A stretch of DNA of 64,000 nucleotides from an uncultured Gammaproteobacteria bacterium (GTDB lineage Bacteria > Patescibacteriota > Microgenomatia > CAZETR01 > Amesbacteraceae). Shown piece by piece: positions 19,767 through 30,253 of this stretch. The notes under the pieces were generated by a model that was not told the origin of the DNA, did no database searches, and was given only the letters and a program-made list of their open reading frames with translations. How positions within the stretch are numbered: position 1 is the stretch's first letter; each line of letters opens with the position of its first letter. The translations under genes were made by a program, and so were the position numbers. The stretch lies in the NCBI GenBank assembly GCA_964543035.1, contig CAZIVL010000001.1:303736-367735 (forward strand). Direction: 5' to 3'.

Positions 19767-21091
19767 TTCTTTCTCTGGCAGTCTTGTTGAGACTGTTCAA
19801 CCTGGATCAAAGTTTTTGGTTGGACGAAGCTTCGCAAGCTCAGATGTCATCACTTTCACCTCGGGCAATATGGTTTGACAGGGGGGGGGACTTTCACCCT
19901 CCTTTATTTTATCTTCTTGCCCACTTCTGGCTCTTGTTCGGAAAATCTGAAGTCTGGTTGAGACTGCTCCCGGTATCTTTTGGTGTGATAAATGTTTACA
20001 TAATATATTTACTGGCAAAAAAAGTAATTCCCGGGCAACAGATTCTAGCGAGTTTCCTCCTGGCCATCGCCCCATTTCATATCTACTACTCTCAAGAGTT
20101 TAGGTCTTACTCACTCCTATGTTTACTAGGGACGCTATCTATGTACTTTCTATTTCAAAAAAAATATATGTCACTTATGATAGTCAACTCACTCCTTTTT
20201 TACACCCACTACTCATCTATCTTTTTACTACTTACCCAGCTGTTTCTTGTGCCAAAAGCAGATTATAAAAAATACTTGATACATAATACATTATACTTTT
20301 TGCTGATCATTCCCTGGCTACCTCAATTTGTTCATCAACTAAATTCCGGTGTAAACATCGACAATTATTTGCCAGGCTGGCGAAATGTACTAAGCCTTCC
20401 TGTACTCAAGGCCTTTCCAGTCACAGTCTTCAAGTTAGTTGCAGGTAGAATAAATTTCTTATCTAGATATCTTTACGGCATGTACATTGTCTTTGTATTT
20501 GCTGTCACTTTTTCAGCTTTCTTTGTAGCCCGAGCCCAAAAGCGTTTTCTTTTCATTTGGGCATTGGTACCTGTATTTATAATGATGCTGGTCTCGTTTG
20601 CCATACCCCAGAGTCAGCCATTTAGAGTAATTTTTGTATTACCAGCTTTTATACTGCTTATGACTCAAGCAGGCAGCAAGTTTCCCAAGCTTTTTCTGAC
20701 ATTTTTTATATACATAGCCCTTACCGGAAATATAACCTATTACACCCGGCCTCGGATTCAAAGAGAAGACTGGAGAGGCGCGATCTCCTTTCTTGCTACA
20801 AAAAATATGCCCATAGTCATCAAGTTCTCTGGCAATTTTGCCCCCATCACCTGGTACAATCCCAGTCTTCCCGTAATAGCAGCAGTTCCTCATTATCCAG
20901 CTAGTTCCCAGGACGTAACATCTAAGCTTATTCCCTTGTCTACCCAAAAATCAGTCTTACTGGTAGATTACTTGGGAGAACTTACTGATCCCAACAGAGT
21001 CACCGACCAGATTTTGGGTGAGATGGGCTTTGTAGCGGGTCGGGTCCACGACTTTTCGGGGGTTGGTTTTATTCGTGAGTATCACCGATGA
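19733..21091 (+). CDS. GT-C membrane glycosyltransferase (GT39/PMT_2-like)
   Basis: SFWLDE, HPPLFY, YYSQEFRSY, EDWR; start ATG 19733. Confidence 0.82.
   Translation: MGKNSKITLIIVLSLAVLLRLFNLDQSFWLDEASQAQMSSLSPRAIWFDRGGDFHPPLFYLLAHFWLLFGKSEVWLRLLPVSFGVINVYIIYLLAKKVIPGQQILASFLLAIAPFHIYYSQEFRSYSLLCLLGTLSMYFLFQKKYMSLMIVNSLLFYTHYSSIFLLLTQLFLVPKADYKKYLIHNTLYFLLIIPWLPQFVHQLNSGVNIDNYLPGWRNVLSLPVLKAFPVTVFKLVAGRINFLSRYLYGMYIVFVFAVTFSAFFVARAQKRFLFIWALVPVFIMMLVSFAIPQSQPFRVIFVLPAFILLMTQAGSKFPKLFLTFFIYIALTGNITYYTRPRIQREDWRGAISFLATKNMPIVIKFSGNFAPITWYNPSLPVIAAVPHYPASSQDVTSKLIPLSTQKSVLLVDYLGELTDPNRVTDQILGEMGFVAGRVHDFSGVGFIREYHR
20272..20299 (+). repeat. Intragenic heptamer array (ATACnnn)x4
   Basis: ATACTTG ATACATA ATACATT ATACTTT. 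Confidence 0.7.
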
Positions 21092-22359
21092 TTGTCCTAA
21101 TTTTTCAACTAATTCATTCATTGATTCTCTGGAAATTAGAATTCTTTTTATATCCTGAACTGTTGATATATCCTTACCTTACTACTCAAAAACTTCTTCC
21201 CTATTCTCAGATTCTAGACCAGCATTTTCCAGGACTCATGTTTTTTCCAATCAATTTTTTCTCATTGGGATTTACAGATCCAACGAGTTTCAAATCCCTT
21301 TTGGTCTTAATTGTTATTTTTCAGTCTGTCTTCATATACAGACTAACAAAATCCAAGTCAGCGGTATTGTTGTTTACTATACTGCACCCATTGTTTGAGG
21401 GAAATCAGCTCTGGCTAGATTCATTTTTGCCGTTACTCCTTCTGCCTGCATATTGGAGCTTTACGAGCAAAAGATTTTTTATGACAGGGTTGTTATTGGG
21501 ATTAGGAGTAGTCTTTAAACAGACGTTGGTTCCGGCAGTCGTCTTCATTGGCTTAATTTTGCTTTTTAAAAAACAATTCAAAGATCTCGTAGTTTTTTCG
21601 CTTTCGGCCCTTTTTCCGTCTGTCTTAATGCTGATGTACATGGGAAAAATAGGTATTCTTTCAGACTTTTGGTATTGGACCGTTCAGTTTAACCTCACCA
21701 CATTTGCCGCTCATGGGCGAAATTTGCCGACTCCCAAAGAGGTTATCAAAGTTTCTTTTGTGGGAGTCATTGCTATCTATTGTTTTGTTCGGTATCCAAA
21801 AAGCCGTCACGGCCTTTTATTGGGATTGATGGCTAGTCTTGAGACATTTTCTCGTTTTGGGCTTATTCATCTGCAGACCTTCATACCTTTTCTGGCAATC
21901 GCAGTTTCTTACATAAAATCACTCAAAAAATTATTTTTAATATTTTTTATTTCTATTGCATGGCTAATTTATTTTTTGCTCAGACAGCAAAACATCGGAG
22001 GATACAAATTTTTTGATCCAGATACATTAACTATCATAAGTAAGGTTCAGGAAAACACCGACCCGGGAGACACCATCTTTTTATTAGGTGTCCAGCCGCA
22101 TATATACGAGCAAACAAAGACCCTCCCCCCAGGAAATGTTTTTGTTTTTCAGTTTCCCTGGTTTTTACAAATATCTGGAGACCGTATTCTTCAGACTCTC
22201 AAAGACGATCCTCCCAAGCTGATTCTTTACAACCCAGAAAGTGAGATCGACGAGCAATATCTGCGCGATTATGCCCACTACTTGGTAGAATATACAGTGA
22301 GTAACTACCGGCTCGTGGATGAAGTGGGAGTGACTCAGATTTATGCGCGTCGCAATTGA
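21088..22359 (+). CDS. GT-C-type multi-TM glycosyltransferase-like protein
   Basis: LLPYSQILDQHFPG, GVVFKQ, many TM plus C-terminal soluble domain. Confidence 0.7.
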   Translation: MIVLIFQLIHSLILWKLEFFLYPELLIYPYLTTQKLLPYSQILDQHFPGLMFFPINFFSLGFTDPTSFKSLLVLIVIFQSVFIYRLTKSKSAVLLFTILHPLFEGNQLWLDSFLPLLLLPAYWSFTSKRFFMTGLLLGLGVVFKQTLVPAVVFIGLILLFKKQFKDLVVFSLSALFPSVLMLMYMGKIGILSDFWYWTVQFNLTTFAAHGRNLPTPKEVIKVSFVGVIAIYCFVRYPKSRHGLLLGLMASLETFSRFGLIHLQTFIPFLAIAVSYIKSLKKLFLIFFISIAWLIYFLLRQQNIGGYKFFDPDTLTIISKVQENTDPGDTIFLLGVQPHIYEQTKTLPPGNVFVFQFPWFLQISGDRILQTLKDDPPKLILYNPESEIDEQYLRDYAHYLVEYTVSNYRLVDEVGVTQIYARRN

Positions 22360-23377
22360 CATTTCGTCGGTCATCTTTAGGACTGGTGTATCCAGATATA
22401 CCCAAGAATTGGTTCGTCATCTGCCGAATGATTTGCTGCTTCCGTTTGGATTTTCTATGAGAAGAGGAGGGGAGTTTCCTGCAGGCACCAAAGTCTTCCC
22501 CCTCCCCCCGACTGCCATGCACTATTTATGGAACAAATACCACACCCTAAGTGTAGAATCTTTGGTGGGGGACATGGATGTCTATCACTCGTCAGATTGG
22601 GCCCAGGGGCCGAGTCGGGCCAAAAAAGTCACTACTATCCATGATCTGTCCCCATTTTTATTTCCCGAGGAGACTGATTCTCAGATTTTGGCTGTTCATA
22701 CTGCTCGTATGAAGTGGGTTATCAAGGAATGCGATGCCGTTATCTGCGTATCGCAAAATACCGCCTCAGATCTACAAAAATTATTCAATTATCCTTCATC
22801 AAAAATCCACATCATCCCCGAAGCTCTACCCACACCACACCAATTATCTCCTGATACATCATACGTTATACCAGATACATCATACTTGTTAGCCATCGGC
22901 GCCCGCCAGCCCCGAAAAAACATCAAGCGCCTTATCTCAGCTTATTTAGCACATCGGTCCAAGTACTTTCTCCCCGAAAAACTCATCATTATCGGGGAAA
23001 TACCTGATACAACATACAAAATACATGATACGGTCCAGTTTACTGGTCCCGTCTCAGACCAAGATCTGGCAGGCTACATGCGAGGCGCCGAGGCTTTTGT
23101 CTATCCCTCTCTCTACGAAGGCTTTGGGCTACCCATTCTTGAAGCTTTTCACCACCAAGTTCCTGTGGCCGCTTCAAATACCTCGTCAATCCCAGAAGTA
23201 GCAGGCAGCGCTGCAGTACTTTTCGATCCCCTTGATGAGGAATCGATAGCCAAAGGCGTGGCTGACGCCATAAAAAATAAAAAGAAATTAATTTCAGCCG
23301 GCACAAAGCAGTTATCCCATTTCAGCTGGACCAAGACAGCAGAAAAGACTTTGGAGGTGTATAAAAGCTTATGCTAA
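22343..23377 (+). CDS. GT4 glycosyltransferase (MtfB/WbaZ-like)
   Basis: [32 protein letters not shown]. Confidence 0.92.
   Translation: MRVAIDISSVIFRTGVSRYTQELVRHLPNDLLLPFGFSMRRGGEFPAGTKVFPLPPTAMHYLWNKYHTLSVESLVGDMDVYHSSDWAQGPSRAKKVTTIHDLSPFLFPEETDSQILAVHTARMKWVIKECDAVICVSQNTASDLQKLFNYPSSKIHIIPEALPTPHQLSPDTSYVIPDTSYLLAIGARQPRKNIKRLISAYLAHRSKYFLPEKLIIIGEIPDTTYKIHDTVQFTGPVSDQDLAGYMRGAEAFVYPSLYEGFGLPILEAFHHQVPVAASNTSSIPEVAGSAAVLFDPLDEESIAKGVADAIKNKKKLISAGTKQLSHFSWTKTAEKTLEVYKSLC
22854..22888 (+). repeat. Intragenic heptamer array (ATACnnn)x5
   Basis: ATACATC ATACGTT ATACCAG ATACATC ATACTTG. Confidence 0.85.
23000..23034 (+). repeat. Intragenic heptamer array (ATACnnn)x5
   Basis: ATACCTG ATACAAC ATACAAA ATACATG ATACGGT. 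Confidence 0.85.
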
Positions 23378-24489
23378 TAGGAATTGATGCCAATGAGGCA
23401 AATTTGACCCAAAACCGGGTGGGTATCAACCAGTATGCTTTTGAGCTGTTGCATGCCCTCTACAATCTCGACACCCCACACATATTTGTCATATATCTTA
23501 AATCCAAGCCCCAGCCAGATCTGCCGGTCGCCCGAAAAAACTGGCATTATAGGGTCATTCCTTTTCCCAAGCTCTGGACCCAGACCAGGCTGCCTGTGGA
23601 TCTCTTTACTCACGCTCCCAGCCCTACGGTTTTCTTTAGCATGACCCACTACGCCCCCCGCTGGTCACCCGTTCCCACGGTCGTGGCCATCATGGATCTG
23701 GGTTTTTTGAGCTCTCCCGAGCAGTTTACTCCCCGCGATTTTAATCAGCTCAAATCTTGGACACACTATTCAGTAAAAAATGCCAAAAAAATTATTGCCA
23801 TCTCCCAATTTACCAAGGAAGCCATCCAAAAAGAATACAAGCGCGCAGAGGGGGACATCATAGTTACCCACCTGAGTTACAACTCTTCGTTATTTAAGCC
23901 CACTCATAATTCCCAGATTCTCGAAAAATACGGCATCACAAAACCTTATATTTTGTTTCTTAGTAGCCTCAAACCCAGCAAAAATATAGAGCGACTCATT
24001 GAAGCCTACAAAATACTAAATACTAAATACAAAATACAAGATACAAAGTTAGTCATCTCAGGCAAAAAGGCCTGGCTGTTTGACCAAATATTCGCCAAAG
24101 TAAAGAGTCTGGGTATAGAAGACAGGGTTATTTTTACGGGTTTTGTAGAAGAAAGCGAAAAACCAGTTCTTATGACAGAGGCCTCGGCTTTTGTCCTGCC
24201 GTCCCTATACGAGGGATTTGGTATCCCGGTTCTCGAGGCCATGGCTTGTGGGACTCCGGTCGTAATATCCAAGATAGCCAGTCTTCCGGAAGTAGCAGGT
24301 TCAGCTGGCATTTTTGTAGACCCCCTTGATGTAAACAGTATTGCAGACGGCCTACAAATAGCCCTTGGCCCCAGATCACAAGAATTTGTGAAAAAGGGAC
24401 TAAAAAGGGTACAATCATTTAGCTGGGATAGGTGTGCAAAGGAGACTCTAACTGTCATTCTGAGCGCAGCGAAGAATCCAGTAGTATGA
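23371..24489 (+). CDS. GT4 glycosyltransferase (MtfB-like)
   Basis: [32 protein letters not shown]. Confidence 0.92.
   Translation: MLIGIDANEANLTQNRVGINQYAFELLHALYNLDTPHIFVIYLKSKPQPDLPVARKNWHYRVIPFPKLWTQTRLPVDLFTHAPSPTVFFSMTHYAPRWSPVPTVVAIMDLGFLSSPEQFTPRDFNQLKSWTHYSVKNAKKIIAISQFTKEAIQKEYKRAEGDIIVTHLSYNSSLFKPTHNSQILEKYGITKPYILFLSSLKPSKNIERLIEAYKILNTKYKIQDTKLVISGKKAWLFDQIFAKVKSLGIEDRVIFTGFVEESEKPVLMTEASAFVLPSLYEGFGIPVLEAMACGTPVVISKIASLPEVAGSAGIFVDPLDVNSIADGLQIALGPRSQEFVKKGLKRVQSFSWDRCAKETLTVILSAAKNPVV
24006..24047 (+). repeat. Intragenic heptamer array (ATACnnn)x6
   Basis: CTACAAA ATACTAA ATACTAA ATACAAA ATACAAG ATACAAA. Confidence 0.85.
24453..24483 (+). repeat. REP-like hairpin copy 1
   Basis: TGTCATTCTGAGCGCAGCGAAGAATCCAGTA. 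Confidence 0.75.
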
Positions 24490-25127
24490 TTTACGGAGAC
24501 AACATTCACTTCAGTTCAAAAGGGATTACTTTTACCGATAAGCACGGCCATACTCTAGCAGTAGGCGAAGCCTTCCGCAGGTCCTTTGTCAGATACTACA
24601 ATTGGTATCTAGATTTTCAGCTTTATATTCTCCATCTAGTCTCAGACATTATTCCGATTTATCCCATAAGAAAGCTTTTTTTTGAGCTTGCTGGTATGAG
24701 GATTGACCAGGGTTCTACTGTCCACATGCAAGCTAGATTTTTTGCACCACGAGGCATAAAAATCGGGCGTGACACCATAGTTGGTTTCAGATCATTTCTC
24801 GACGGCCGGGAAAAAATTATTATTGGTGATCATGTGGACATCGCTTCCGAGGTCATGATTTACAACTCAGAGCACGATCTAGGAGCCGCAGACTTTTCAG
24901 CCACCTCCGCCCCAGTCACCATTCAGGATTATGTGTTTATTGGCCCCAGGGCCATTATCATGCCCGGTGTGACAATTGGTAGGGGAGCCGTCGTTGCCGG
25001 CGGAGCAGTCGTCACAAAAGATGTCCCCGACTTTGCCATCGTGGGAGGAGTGCCAGCCAAGGTGATTGGTGAGCGTCGTAATCGTGATCCCCATTACCAT
25101 TTGGGTCGGGCTAGACTGTTTCAATAA
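24486..25127 (+). CDS. Hexapeptide-repeat (LbH) acyltransferase
   Basis: [38 protein letters not shown]; start ATG 24486. Confidence 0.88.
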   Translation: MIYGDNIHFSSKGITFTDKHGHTLAVGEAFRRSFVRYYNWYLDFQLYILHLVSDIIPIYPIRKLFFELAGMRIDQGSTVHMQARFFAPRGIKIGRDTIVGFRSFLDGREKIIIGDHVDIASEVMIYNSEHDLGAADFSATSAPVTIQDYVFIGPRAIIMPGVTIGRGAVVAGGAVVTKDVPDFAIVGGVPAKVIGERRNRDPHYHLGRARLFQ

Positions 25128-25621
25128 TGAAAATTGTCAAAACTTTTTTAATTGTTGCATGGGGAGCAGTTTGTCTCTACCTGCTTTTGCCAAACTCACC
25201 TTTCCCCCCACCTCCCCCAGATGCACTGACATCAAATGAACCTGCAGACACCGAGAGTATCTATCGCAAAGCTTATTATTCAAATTATTCCCGGGCAGAA
25301 ATCATGGATTATTACAAAAAGACCTATCTACCAAAGCCTCTGTTTCGTCTAAATTATCCCCCCGAGGACAGCCAACTATACATCCGCGACCTCACCCAGA
25401 GTAGTTGGCTTGAGGAGCTAGTTCATATTGGGAGAGACTCCATCTACATCAATGGTTTTTATCCCACCAAACCTACTGAGCAAATAAATTTTAAAGGGGT
25501 TCATTACAAAAACAAGATTATAGTAAGACAGATTCCTACATCTATATACTCTCGACTGACGACTATCACACTAGGCTTTATAGCCCTTTATTTCCTGGTT
25601 CGTGAATATGCAAAAATTTAA
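25127..25621 (+). CDS. Hypothetical membrane-anchored protein
   Basis: N- and C-terminal hydrophobic segments; coupled to neighbours. Confidence 0.75.
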   Translation: MKIVKTFLIVAWGAVCLYLLLPNSPFPPPPPDALTSNEPADTESIYRKAYYSNYSRAEIMDYYKKTYLPKPLFRLNYPPEDSQLYIRDLTQSSWLEELVHIGRDSIYINGFYPTKPTEQINFKGVHYKNKIIVRQIPTSIYSRLTTITLGFIALYFLVREYAKI

Positions 25622-26885
25622 CATCTGGATTTTACTTCTGCTTCTAATATTTATCCCCATATATCCAAAGTTTCCTTTGGTGGGTATTGCTGGTAGTTTT
25701 GTGGCCATTAGGCTCGAAGACTTTTTGGTGTTGATTGCTCTTGGACTTTGGGGACTCCAAAACATAACCAGGATTAGGAAGATCTTTGAAAACCCTCTTC
25801 ACAGATCCGTCGCCTTGTATTTGCTCATAGGATTTTTTGCCCTATTCTCGGGCATTTTTTTGACCAAACTTGTGGATATAAAAGTGGGACTTCTTCATGC
25901 ATTTAGGAGAGTCGAGTACATGGCATTGTTTTTTATCGCATACGATTTTTTCAAAACGAAAGCCCACTTACCAATTTTTGTTCGGACCATTCTTGTGGTA
26001 TCTGCCATCATCGCTTTCTATGGCCTGGGTCAGGTTTATTTTGATTTCCCTGTAATTTCTACTTCAAATAGTGAGTTTTCTAAGGGTCTGGCTCTTACGC
26101 TTGGAGCTGGCGCACGTATAAACTCTACTTTTGCTGGCCATTATGATCTGGCAGCATTCTCAGTCTTCCCCCTGCTTTTGATTACAGGACTTCTAGCAAT
26201 TGATGCCAAACCCAAGTGGGCTCTTATTTTGGTAGGAGCGGCCTCCCATTGGACTCTTTTGCTATCTGCATCCAGGGTCTCGTTTGCAAGTTTTGTGATT
26301 TGTGCCGGAATTTTGCTTTTAGCCCTAAGAAAATTTTCTTGGATTCCTTTGCTTGTTATTCTTTCTATAATCAGCGTGGTGTTGTCACCTCAACTGCGCG
26401 GTAGATATTTGGAATTTATTACCCAGGTCCACGCTCAAGAAGAGTCAAAAAGCGTAGAATCCGTCCCAGACGCTCTTAAGCCCACAGCCAAGCCCGAAGA
26501 CAGATCATTCAACATTAGACTCAATGTCGAATGGCCCAGAGCCATCAGAGCCTGGCAAAAAAATCCGATCTTTGGCACCGGCTTCTCTTCAGTTGGTCTT
26601 GCAACAGACAACGAGTACTTGCGCACTCTTGCCGAGACGGGCACATTAGGATTGTTGGCGTTTTTACTTATTTTTATACGTTTTTTCAAAACTTCAGTTT
26701 CTTATTTTATAAAATATAGTCCCACGCTTGAGCATGTATTTATTCTTAGCATGGTGTGTGGCATACTCAGCCTAATGCTAAACGCTGTATTTATAGATGT
26801 CTTTGCAGCATCAAAGATAGCCTTATTTGCCTGGCTCGTAATAGGTGTTACAGAAAAAGTAAAACAAGAAAGTACAAAATCATGA
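25608..26885 (+). CDS. O-antigen ligase/Wzy_C family protein
   Basis: RINSTFAGHYDL, SASR, SFNIR, NPIFGTG, DNEYLRTLAETGTLGL. Confidence 0.85.
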   Translation: MQKFNIWILLLLLIFIPIYPKFPLVGIAGSFVAIRLEDFLVLIALGLWGLQNITRIRKIFENPLHRSVALYLLIGFFALFSGIFLTKLVDIKVGLLHAFRRVEYMALFFIAYDFFKTKAHLPIFVRTILVVSAIIAFYGLGQVYFDFPVISTSNSEFSKGLALTLGAGARINSTFAGHYDLAAFSVFPLLLITGLLAIDAKPKWALILVGAASHWTLLLSASRVSFASFVICAGILLLALRKFSWIPLLVILSIISVVLSPQLRGRYLEFITQVHAQEESKSVESVPDALKPTAKPEDRSFNIRLNVEWPRAIRAWQKNPIFGTGFSSVGLATDNEYLRTLAETGTLGLLAFLLIFIRFFKTSVSYFIKYSPTLEHVFILSMVCGILSLMLNAVFIDVFAASKIALFAWLVIGVTEKVKQESTKS

Positions 26886-28258
26886 AAATAAAGCAGCCTC
26901 ACCATCTAATTCTGATTATTTTTTTGATTTTGGGTTTTTTGGTTCGTCTGTACAAGATAGATAACCCGATAGCCGACTGGCATTCCTGGCGCCAGGCAGA
27001 CACATCGGCCGTGACTCGAAATTTCGTCAAATATGGAGTCAATGTCCTATACCCCAGGTACGATGATTTTACCGATGTCTCAGGGAAAGGGCTTTTCAAT
27101 CCCAAAGGATACAGATATGTAGAGTTTCCGATTTTCAATCTCGTTCATTATTTAGTATTCATGATTCTTTCGCCGGTCCAAGTTACACTTGAGGCGGCCG
27201 GACGTCTTACTTCAGTTCTTGCATCTTTAGTTTCGGCCACACTTCTATATTTGATCGTGAGCAGGCGCACAAACAAGACGACTGGACTTATGTCATCATT
27301 TTTCTATCTGTTTTTGCCTTACAACATATTTTTCACCAGAGTCGTTCTTCCCGATCCGCTCATGGTTACATTGTTTTTGGCGGCCCTCTACTTTAACGAC
27401 CTAAAAAAACACACCCTCACTCTAGTGTTTGGATCACTGGCTATATTAGTAAAGCCAATTGCCATCTTCTTCTTGCTACCTATATATATCTCAAATTTTT
27501 GGCTAGGTCTTGTTATGTTGGTTCCGTTTGGGCTATGGCGGGTGTGGTCATATCGCCACCCTGAGGGGATACCGGCAAGTCTTTGGCTCCTAAATGGCAA
27601 TCATATTCGATTCAAGGGCGCGTTTTTCCAATGGATTTTTGGGGTCAGAATTGGCAGTCTGATTTTGGGCAAGTGGGGAATTTGGCCATTTTTATCAGGA
27701 CTGATTGCTGCTTCTCCTGGCTTTATCCTCTGGATAATCTCCTCCATGCTTTATCTCTTCACCTTTGCCATGGGCAATGTCCATCACGACTATTACCAGA
27801 TTCCCATCATTCCTTCCCTTGCGGTACTTCTGGCCATAGGGGCTTATCACATTTGGCACACTAGCCCTCGCACCATCCTATCTCGGATTTTGTTAGTAGC
27901 CTGTGTTCTCTTCATGCTTGCTTTTTCTTGGTATGACATTCGAGGACTTTATCAGGTCAACAATTGGTCAATCGTTCATGCGGGTCAGGCCGCAGACAAA
28001 CTGTTACCAAAAGATGCCATCGTCATCGCCCCCTACATGGGAGACACAGCCTTTTTATATCAGACAAATCGCGCTGGGTTCCCATACCTGTACATGCCCG
28101 AAAAAGATCTCAAAGATCTCTACAACGCCCAGTACTACATCTCAGTAAATTACGATGATGATACCAATAGAATTATAAATAAATACATTACCCTCGAACG
28201 CACTCCCGAATATGTCATAGTCAAGCTCGAAGAACCCATAAGAGACCCTGTCAAATGA
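26882..28258 (+). CDS. GT-C membrane glycosyltransferase (ArnT/GT39-like)
   Basis: DWHSWRQADT, EFP, LPDP, HDYYQ; start ATG 26882. Confidence 0.82.
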   Translation: MKIKQPHHLILIIFLILGFLVRLYKIDNPIADWHSWRQADTSAVTRNFVKYGVNVLYPRYDDFTDVSGKGLFNPKGYRYVEFPIFNLVHYLVFMILSPVQVTLEAAGRLTSVLASLVSATLLYLIVSRRTNKTTGLMSSFFYLFLPYNIFFTRVVLPDPLMVTLFLAALYFNDLKKHTLTLVFGSLAILVKPIAIFFLLPIYISNFWLGLVMLVPFGLWRVWSYRHPEGIPASLWLLNGNHIRFKGAFFQWIFGVRIGSLILGKWGIWPFLSGLIAASPGFILWIISSMLYLFTFAMGNVHHDYYQIPIIPSLAVLLAIGAYHIWHTSPRTILSRILLVACVLFMLAFSWYDIRGLYQVNNWSIVHAGQAADKLLPKDAIVIAPYMGDTAFLYQTNRAGFPYLYMPEKDLKDLYNAQYYISVNYDDDTNRIINKYITLERTPEYVIVKLEEPIRDPVK

Positions 28259-29454
28259 AGATCTTGATGCTCGTTCCATATCTGCCCTATCCACCTTTTG
28301 AGGGCGGTCAAATCCGCTCATACAAACTGATCAAACTTCTTTCTGTCCATCACGACATCACTCTCGTCTGTTTTACTCGCCAGCACAACACTCCAGACCA
28401 GATCGAGCATATGAAACAGTTTTGCAAAAAAATTATCGTAATCGAACGCGGCAAGACCTGGACTCTAAAAAACATTTTGAGAACAGGTTTTTCCATATAC
28501 CCATTTTTAATCAACATCTATTTTTCTCCCCAGACACAGCAATTGTTAGCAGACGAATTGGCCAGCACTCATTATGATCTGATCCATGCAGAAATGTTTT
28601 ATACCTTACCGTATTTACCCAAACACAATATTCCCACGATTCTTGTCGAACAGACGATTATGTCTCGAGTATTTGGTCATCAGGCCAAGACAGATAAGCG
28701 AGTTTGGTTCAGGCCGCTCATGGCTCTCGACATAATAAAGATGCGTTTTTGGGAAAAGTATTATTGGAAACGAGTAGACAGTCTAGTCACTGTTTCAGAA
28801 GAGGATGCTGCAGTCATTCGAAAGATGATTCCAGGAATAAAAATAAACATTGTTCCAAATGGAGTCGGGGAGGACTTTACCAATCTTCCACGCAAAACAC
28901 ACTACAACCACACGCTCTACTACATGGGGGATTACAAATGGATCCAGAACTGGGAGGCCGTTGATCTCTTGGCAAACAAAGTTTTTCCCCTGGTAAAAAA
29001 AGAAATCCCAGATGCCAAGTTAATAATTGCTGGCAAGTTTCCCACCCCAGAGGTGCTTTCGTTGGCATCAGAAGATATTGAGGTGTTGGAGTTCAAAGGA
29101 AACGACGGCAACAGTGTCGTAAATGCGTGTATAAAGTCAGGTTTGTTTGTGGCTCCCATGTATGCCCCTGGAGGTACTCGCCTCAAAATACTTGCTTCCA
29201 TGGCAGCCATGATGCCCGTGGTGACCACTCCAATCGGCGCCGAAGGATATGGAGCCGTCGATGGGGAGTCAATTCTCATTGGCAACCGTACCGAAGATCT
29301 GGCATCGCAATCTGTTCGCGTTCTCAAAGACAAAAAGCTGTATCAAAAAATTGCAGTCAACGCCAGAAAACTAGTGGACACAAAATTCACCTGGGAGCCA
29401 ATAGCCAAAAAGCTAGAGTCCATCTATGAAGACCTTATCCATCATCATTCTTAG
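28255..29454 (+). CDS. GT4 family glycosyltransferase
   Basis: PYPPFEGGQIR, VSEED, GGTRLKIL, TPIGAEG, FTW. Confidence 0.9.
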   Translation: MKILMLVPYLPYPPFEGGQIRSYKLIKLLSVHHDITLVCFTRQHNTPDQIEHMKQFCKKIIVIERGKTWTLKNILRTGFSIYPFLINIYFSPQTQQLLADELASTHYDLIHAEMFYTLPYLPKHNIPTILVEQTIMSRVFGHQAKTDKRVWFRPLMALDIIKMRFWEKYYWKRVDSLVTVSEEDAAVIRKMIPGIKINIVPNGVGEDFTNLPRKTHYNHTLYYMGDYKWIQNWEAVDLLANKVFPLVKKEIPDAKLIIAGKFPTPEVLSLASEDIEVLEFKGNDGNSVVNACIKSGLFVAPMYAPGGTRLKILASMAAMMPVVTTPIGAEGYGAVDGESILIGNRTEDLASQSVRVLKDKKLYQKIAVNARKLVDTKFTWEPIAKKLESIYEDLIHHHS

Positions 29455-30253
29455 CTTCAATGTCCAAAAGCTAATTTTGGATTGTCTGGCTTCCATACCA
29501 GATCATTCGGATTGGGAAATAATAGTTCCAGATAACGGCTCGACCGATAACTCCGTGACCGAAATCAAAAAAAAGTTTCCCAAAGTAAAAATTATTGAAA
29601 ACCACAAAAACTTGGGATTCGCAGCCGGCAACAACGTGGGAATCAAGGAGTCGAAAGGGGAGTATGTCCTACTTCTCAATCCCGATACCGTCGTGTACCC
29701 AAATTCTATTGAGACAGTTCTAGATTATATGAAAAAAAATTCCGACGTGGGTGCCGCGACTTGTAGAGTAGAGCTTCCAGATGGATCGCTGGATTATTCC
29801 AGCCACCGCGGTTTTCCCGATCCAGTAGGATCGCTGCTGCACTTTGTTGGTCTTAAAAGTATTTCCTCTTATACCAATCGCAATATCCCAGATCACGTTC
29901 ATGATATAGATTCCCTCACTGGAGCTTTTGCCCTAATTAGAAGAGCAGCAGGTGATCAAGTGGGTTGGCTAGATGAAGATTATTTTTGGAACGGTGAAGA
30001 TCTGGACTTTTGTTACAAACTAAAAAGTGCAGGGTGGAAAATAGTTTTCATGCCAGAGACAAAAATTACTCATTTCAAAGGATCTTCTGCCAAAGCCAGT
30101 CATGACACCAGACTTGCATGGGCTCGCAATTCTACAGACGTCATGCACCTGTTTTACAAAAAACATTTGGCTTCAAAATATCCTTTCATTCTCAATTGGG
30201 CTGTATACTTTGGGATATGGCTACTCAGACAAAAAAGACAATTATCTGCATAG
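29426..30253 (+). CDS. GT2 glycosyltransferase (WbbL-like)
   Basis: DNGSTD, NLGFAAGNN, LNPD, EDLDFC. Confidence 0.9.
   Translation: MKTLSIIILSFNVQKLILDCLASIPDHSDWEIIVPDNGSTDNSVTEIKKKFPKVKIIENHKNLGFAAGNNVGIKESKGEYVLLLNPDTVVYPNSIETVLDYMKKNSDVGAATCRVELPDGSLDYSSHRGFPDPVGSLLHFVGLKSISSYTNRNIPDHVHDIDSLTGAFALIRRAAGDQVGWLDEDYFWNGEDLDFCYKLKSAGWKIVFMPETKITHFKGSSAKASHDTRLAWARNSTDVMHLFYKKHLASKYPFILNWAVYFGIWLLRQKRQLSA

Noticed and set aside
22854-24047. Heptamer arrays or MraZ boxes as CRISPR arrays
   Set aside because: Units are 7-10 nt with no 25-45 nt spacers, and there are no cas genes.
24432-24485. N-terminal extensions CHSERSEES (acyltransferase), SSCSRSGRI (recO) and RRIQYK (38403)
   Set aside because: Translations of the REP-like repeat; downstream ATGs are better starts.
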